Positions 61,389 through 64,000 of a stretch of DNA of 64,000 bases are shown here, one piece after another (the stretch's first letter is position 1; every line of letters starts with the position of its first letter). Location of the stretch: assembly GCA_963974475.1 (NCBI GenBank), contig CAXBCR010000014.1, positions 3,176-67,175 of the forward strand. The letters are read 5' to 3'. The stretch is from an uncultured Flavobacteriales bacterium. GTDB taxonomy: Bacteria; Bacteroidota; Bacteroidia; Flavobacteriales_G; Salibacteraceae. Made by a program: the position numbers and the translations under genes. The notes beneath the pieces are model-generated. The model had not been told where the DNA came from. It did no database searches and worked only from the letters and a program-made list of their open reading frames with translations.

Positions 61389-64000
61389 CTATCGGTTTTT
61401 AATAAACTTTGTCGTTATTTTTTGACTTTTAATCTGGATTTCAACAAAATAGACTCCCGCACTAAATCCATTCATAAATAAGCTTAACTGCGTACCTCCA
61501 ATTTCATTTTGAAAAAACACCTCTTTCCCTAGTACATTCGTTATCTTAATGCTCCAGTTATCATGAAATAAAAAATTGGCTACATCAATAGTAATCTTAT
61601 CGGTGGCTGGATTTGGATACACCTTTAACTTTGAATCACTCACATTCAGCTCCCTTACTGAATTAGGAAGTTTTCCGTTATACCTTTTATAGGATGAATC
61701 CGCAACTTGCGTTAATATACCCACATTTTCTGCAGCCAAAATGGCAAAGGCAATTTTCACCGTATCATTAGGCTGTATAGCGAACCCACCGCCCGAGGTG
61801 ACTTGAACCACATCATTTCCGGTTATATCTTGCGGCCCCGAATGATATCTATTGGAAGTTAGGGTGGTGTATTTTTTAGCATTGGTAAACCCATTAAAAA
61901 TATCTACCCCGCCTAAACCGCCATTCACATTATCTAAGCAATAGCTTTTAAAACCTTGAGAGGTTAATAATTGAACACCAAAAACGGGTTTATTAAACTC
62001 TGTACTTTCTGTATAGGTCATAAACCTATTAATATCTGTCAAACATGTATTTTTTGCAAAGTCGGCTACATCAAAATCCGCAAACAGGCCGGCATGCACG
62101 TTGGTCACTTCCACTGCATTAGTATTGATTATTTCATATTCAAAAATCACATAATTTTCATGACCAAAATCCGAGCTTGCGTAAGCATCATATTTAACCA
62201 TTAACCCTAGCGTATCTGCCATGGCATTGGAATCATCAAATATGCCTTCGATGTAATAATCACCTTTAGGGGATGGTACTATTTCCTTGATGTTTTCTAT
62301 CGAGGTAAAATCATTATCCCATGAGCTATTACCATTTCTTACTCGATCTACCACCCGCGTAAATCCATTTTGATTCGTACCAATCATTAATCCTCCTTCA
62401 AACAATTGAGAAGTTCCAGTTTTATAAGCCACCCCTAGCCCTTGCAACTGATTTCTGGTGTTGTAGCCAAATTGTCCCTTAGAGCCCACGGTGGTAGAAA
62501 TATTGTTTGTGGTGATATTTAAGTAATCCACGTTAATTAATACTTTCAAATAATATTCGTTGTTAAACACCCCATCGGTCACCACTATCTTAAAGGTTAC
62601 ATAAGTATTAATAGGAGCGGTGTCTAATAACTTAAAGGAGAAGGGAGTGCTATAATTATCAACTTGAACCAAAGACCCTAAGGCACCAACGTTTTCTGTA
62701 TTTCGATTAACCTGTACATAACTAGAATTGGAAGAAATAGTGGCTACCACATTGCCAGAAGCACTTAAGTAATTAGTGAATGTTCCCGAAATAAACAAAC
62801 TATCAGTTCCTTTAAAAACATCGTCTGTCTTATTGGTGATAACAACATTTCCAAAAACCACAGACGCTTCGGTAATATTACCGGTTACCGCTTCACCTAT
62901 ATTTAATCTACCCACACCAATTTTGTTTTCAAACCCCGGGTTTAGCGAATTAATATCGGTACTTTTTGTTTTTAAGCGTTCTGCAATTTGCAAGGATGAC
63001 AACTGCGGGTAACGGGCTTTCACCAAGGCTGCGGCACCAGCCACTACAGGTGATGCCATGGATGTTCCGGTGTTAGAATTGTATAACCCATTGTCTACCG
63101 TTGAATACACATTTTCTCCAGGAGCGGCAATATCAATCCAATACCCTTGATTGGTGAAGCTTGATTTTTGGTCGGACCCATTTACCGATGAGACCGCTAA
63201 TGAATTTTCGTATGCAGCTGGGTAATACTTTTGATCTCTGTTTTGGTTTCCGGCAGCACAAACTACCAGTGCGTTTTTATTAAATGTGGCATAATTTATC
63301 ACATCCTCTTCCAATGCAGAATAACCAAAACCACCCCAAGAACAATTAATGATATCGCAACCTAAATCTGCCGCATAAACAATCCCCTCGTAACCATATA
63401 TTATCTCCGTTCCATTTCCGACTCTTACCGGCACATATTGCGTGTTATAACCCGAAGAAGCCACTCCCTCACCATTGTTAGTAGCTGCAGCTGCAATTCC
63501 GGCTACATGAATTCCGTGTGCATTTTGTCCAATTTGGGGGTTGTTATCATTATCCATAAAATCCCAACCCGTAAAATTGTCAATATACCCATCGTTATCA
63601 TCATCTAAGCCATTTACAGGATCTGCTGTGTTTTGAGCCATTTCTGATTGTAAATCAGGGTGATCCATATCGGTACCCGTATCTACAATTCCAATCTTAA
63701 ACTGCGCGTTACCTGTAGTAATATCCCAAGCAGAATAGGCGGAAACCTGACTTAAATAATTTTGTGAACCCACACTCGGGTCATTCGGAATAAACGCAAC
63801 GAAATTTATTTTCTTACGCTCTACATATTCAAAAATATCCAAATTTTGCAATGATTCAATTACTTGGTTTTCATCATTTTCATTGGCAACCTGAAGCGAA
63901 TAAATAAGGCTTAAATCCACTTGATTAGCGCTACTTCTTTTAAAACTATTTGGAATTTTCCCTTCAAACATCTGCGAAACTGATTCCACACCCTTGAATG
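61389..64000 (-). CDS. S8 (subtilisin-family) serine peptidase with T9SS type-A C-terminal sorting domain; 5' end outside the window
   Basis: The catalytic triad motifs are VDTGTDMDHPDL (D), HGIHVAGIAAA (H) and GTSMASPVVAGAAAL (S). The C-terminus LKVYPNPATDKITIDV...GVYFVEIQ is a Por secretion tail. The frame stays open to the window edge and no signal peptide is present, so the N-terminus is probably truncated. Confidence 0.9.
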   Translation of the reverse strand, partial: FKGVESVSQMFEGKIPNSFKRSSANQVDLSLIYSLQVANENDENQVIESLQNLDIFEYVERKKINFVAFIPNDPSVGSQNYLSQVSAYSAWDITTGNAQFKIGIVDTGTDMDHPDLQSEMAQNTADPVNGLDDDNDGYIDNFTGWDFMDNDNNPQIGQNAHGIHVAGIAAAATNNGEGVASSGYNTQYVPVRVGNGTEIIYGYEGIVYAADLGCDIINCSWGGFGYSALEEDVINYATFNKNALVVCAAGNQNRDQKYYPAAYENSLAVSSVNGSDQKSSFTNQGYWIDIAAPGENVYSTVDNGLYNSNTGTSMASPVVAGAAALVKARYPQLSSLQIAERLKTKSTDINSLNPGFENKIGVGRLNIGEAVTGNITEASVVFGNVVITNKTDDVFKGTDSLFISGTFTNYLSASGNVVATISSNSSYVQVNRNTENVGALGSLVQVDNYSTPFSFKLLDTAPINTYVTFKIVVTDGVFNNEYYLKVLINVDYLNITTNNISTTVGSKGQFGYNTRNQLQGLGVAYKTGTSQLFEGGLMIGTNQNGFTRVVDRVRNGNSSWDNDFTSIENIKEIVPSPKGDYYIEGIFDDSNAMADTLGLMVKYDAYASSDFGHENYVIFEYEIINTNAVEVTNVHAGLFADFDVADFAKNTCLTDINRFMTYTESTEFNKPVFGVQLLTSQGFKSYCLDNVNGGLGGVDIFNGFTNAKKYTTLTSNRYHSGPQDITGNDVVQVTSGGGFAIQPNDTVKIAFAILAAENVGILTQVADSSYKRYNGKLPNSVRELNVSDSKLKVYPNPATDKITIDVANFLFHDNWSIKITNVLGKEVFFQNEIGGTQLSLFMNGFSAGVYFVEIQIKSQKITTKFIKNR

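Overview
This is an AT-rich, densely coding core-chromosome window with about 57 CDS and 5 tRNAs. I assign it to a member of the Bacteroidota, probably a Flavobacteriia-type organism. The evidence is: two Type IX secretion (T9SS) C-terminal sorting domains (type B in 16997-18268, type A in the S8 protease at 61389-64000), a type III glutamine synthetase, a fused SecDF, the rpsU / tyrosine-recombinase / hpf / tRNA / tuf arrangement, and recurrent TAnnTTTG -7 promoter boxes upstream of operon starts. The centre of the window (25.5-40.4 kb, minus strand) is the translation/transcription super-cluster rpsU - xerC-like recombinase - hpf - tRNA-Thr(UGU) - tRNA-Tyr - tRNA-Gly - tRNA-Thr(GGU) - tuf - tRNA-Trp - secE - nusG - rplK - rplA - rplJ - rplL - rpoB - rpoC. 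The flanks carry envelope and housekeeping genes: LolE-like permease, cysteine-synthase family enzyme, surE, lpxB, SpoIID-like, comEC, OmpH, ECF sigma, purB, Ppx/GppA, patatin-barrel protein, acyl-CoA dehydrogenase, alanine:cation symporter, K+ channel, pyrF, prfA, purM, OmpA-family protein, GS III, CaCA antiporter, tatA, secDF and an S8 protease. From about 25 kb to the end almost every gene is on the minus strand. I see no CRISPR array, IS/transposase, prophage, toxin-antitoxin pair, restriction-modification system, rRNA, or recognisable defence or biosynthetic island. This looks like an ordinary conserved region, and I could not identify a convincing novel multi-gene system. The best leads are: (i) an ECF sigma factor translationally coupled to a single-pass membrane protein that carries PKD modules and a T9SS type-B sorting domain; (ii) a GC-rich direct repeat (TGACCCCC) phased about 5 helical turns apart upstream of glnN; (iii) a tightly coupled DUF2851-PspC-K+ channel-SDR operon whose channel has a non-canonical TVGFK filter; (iv) two terminator-like hairpins inside the tRNA-tuf cluster; and (v) a tandem palindromic repeat between trmH and a DUF4139 gene. 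All family calls come from reading motifs and architecture in the translated ORFs, not from database searches. Start codons were re-chosen where the ORF-track start overlapped an RNA gene, a terminator or an upstream gene.
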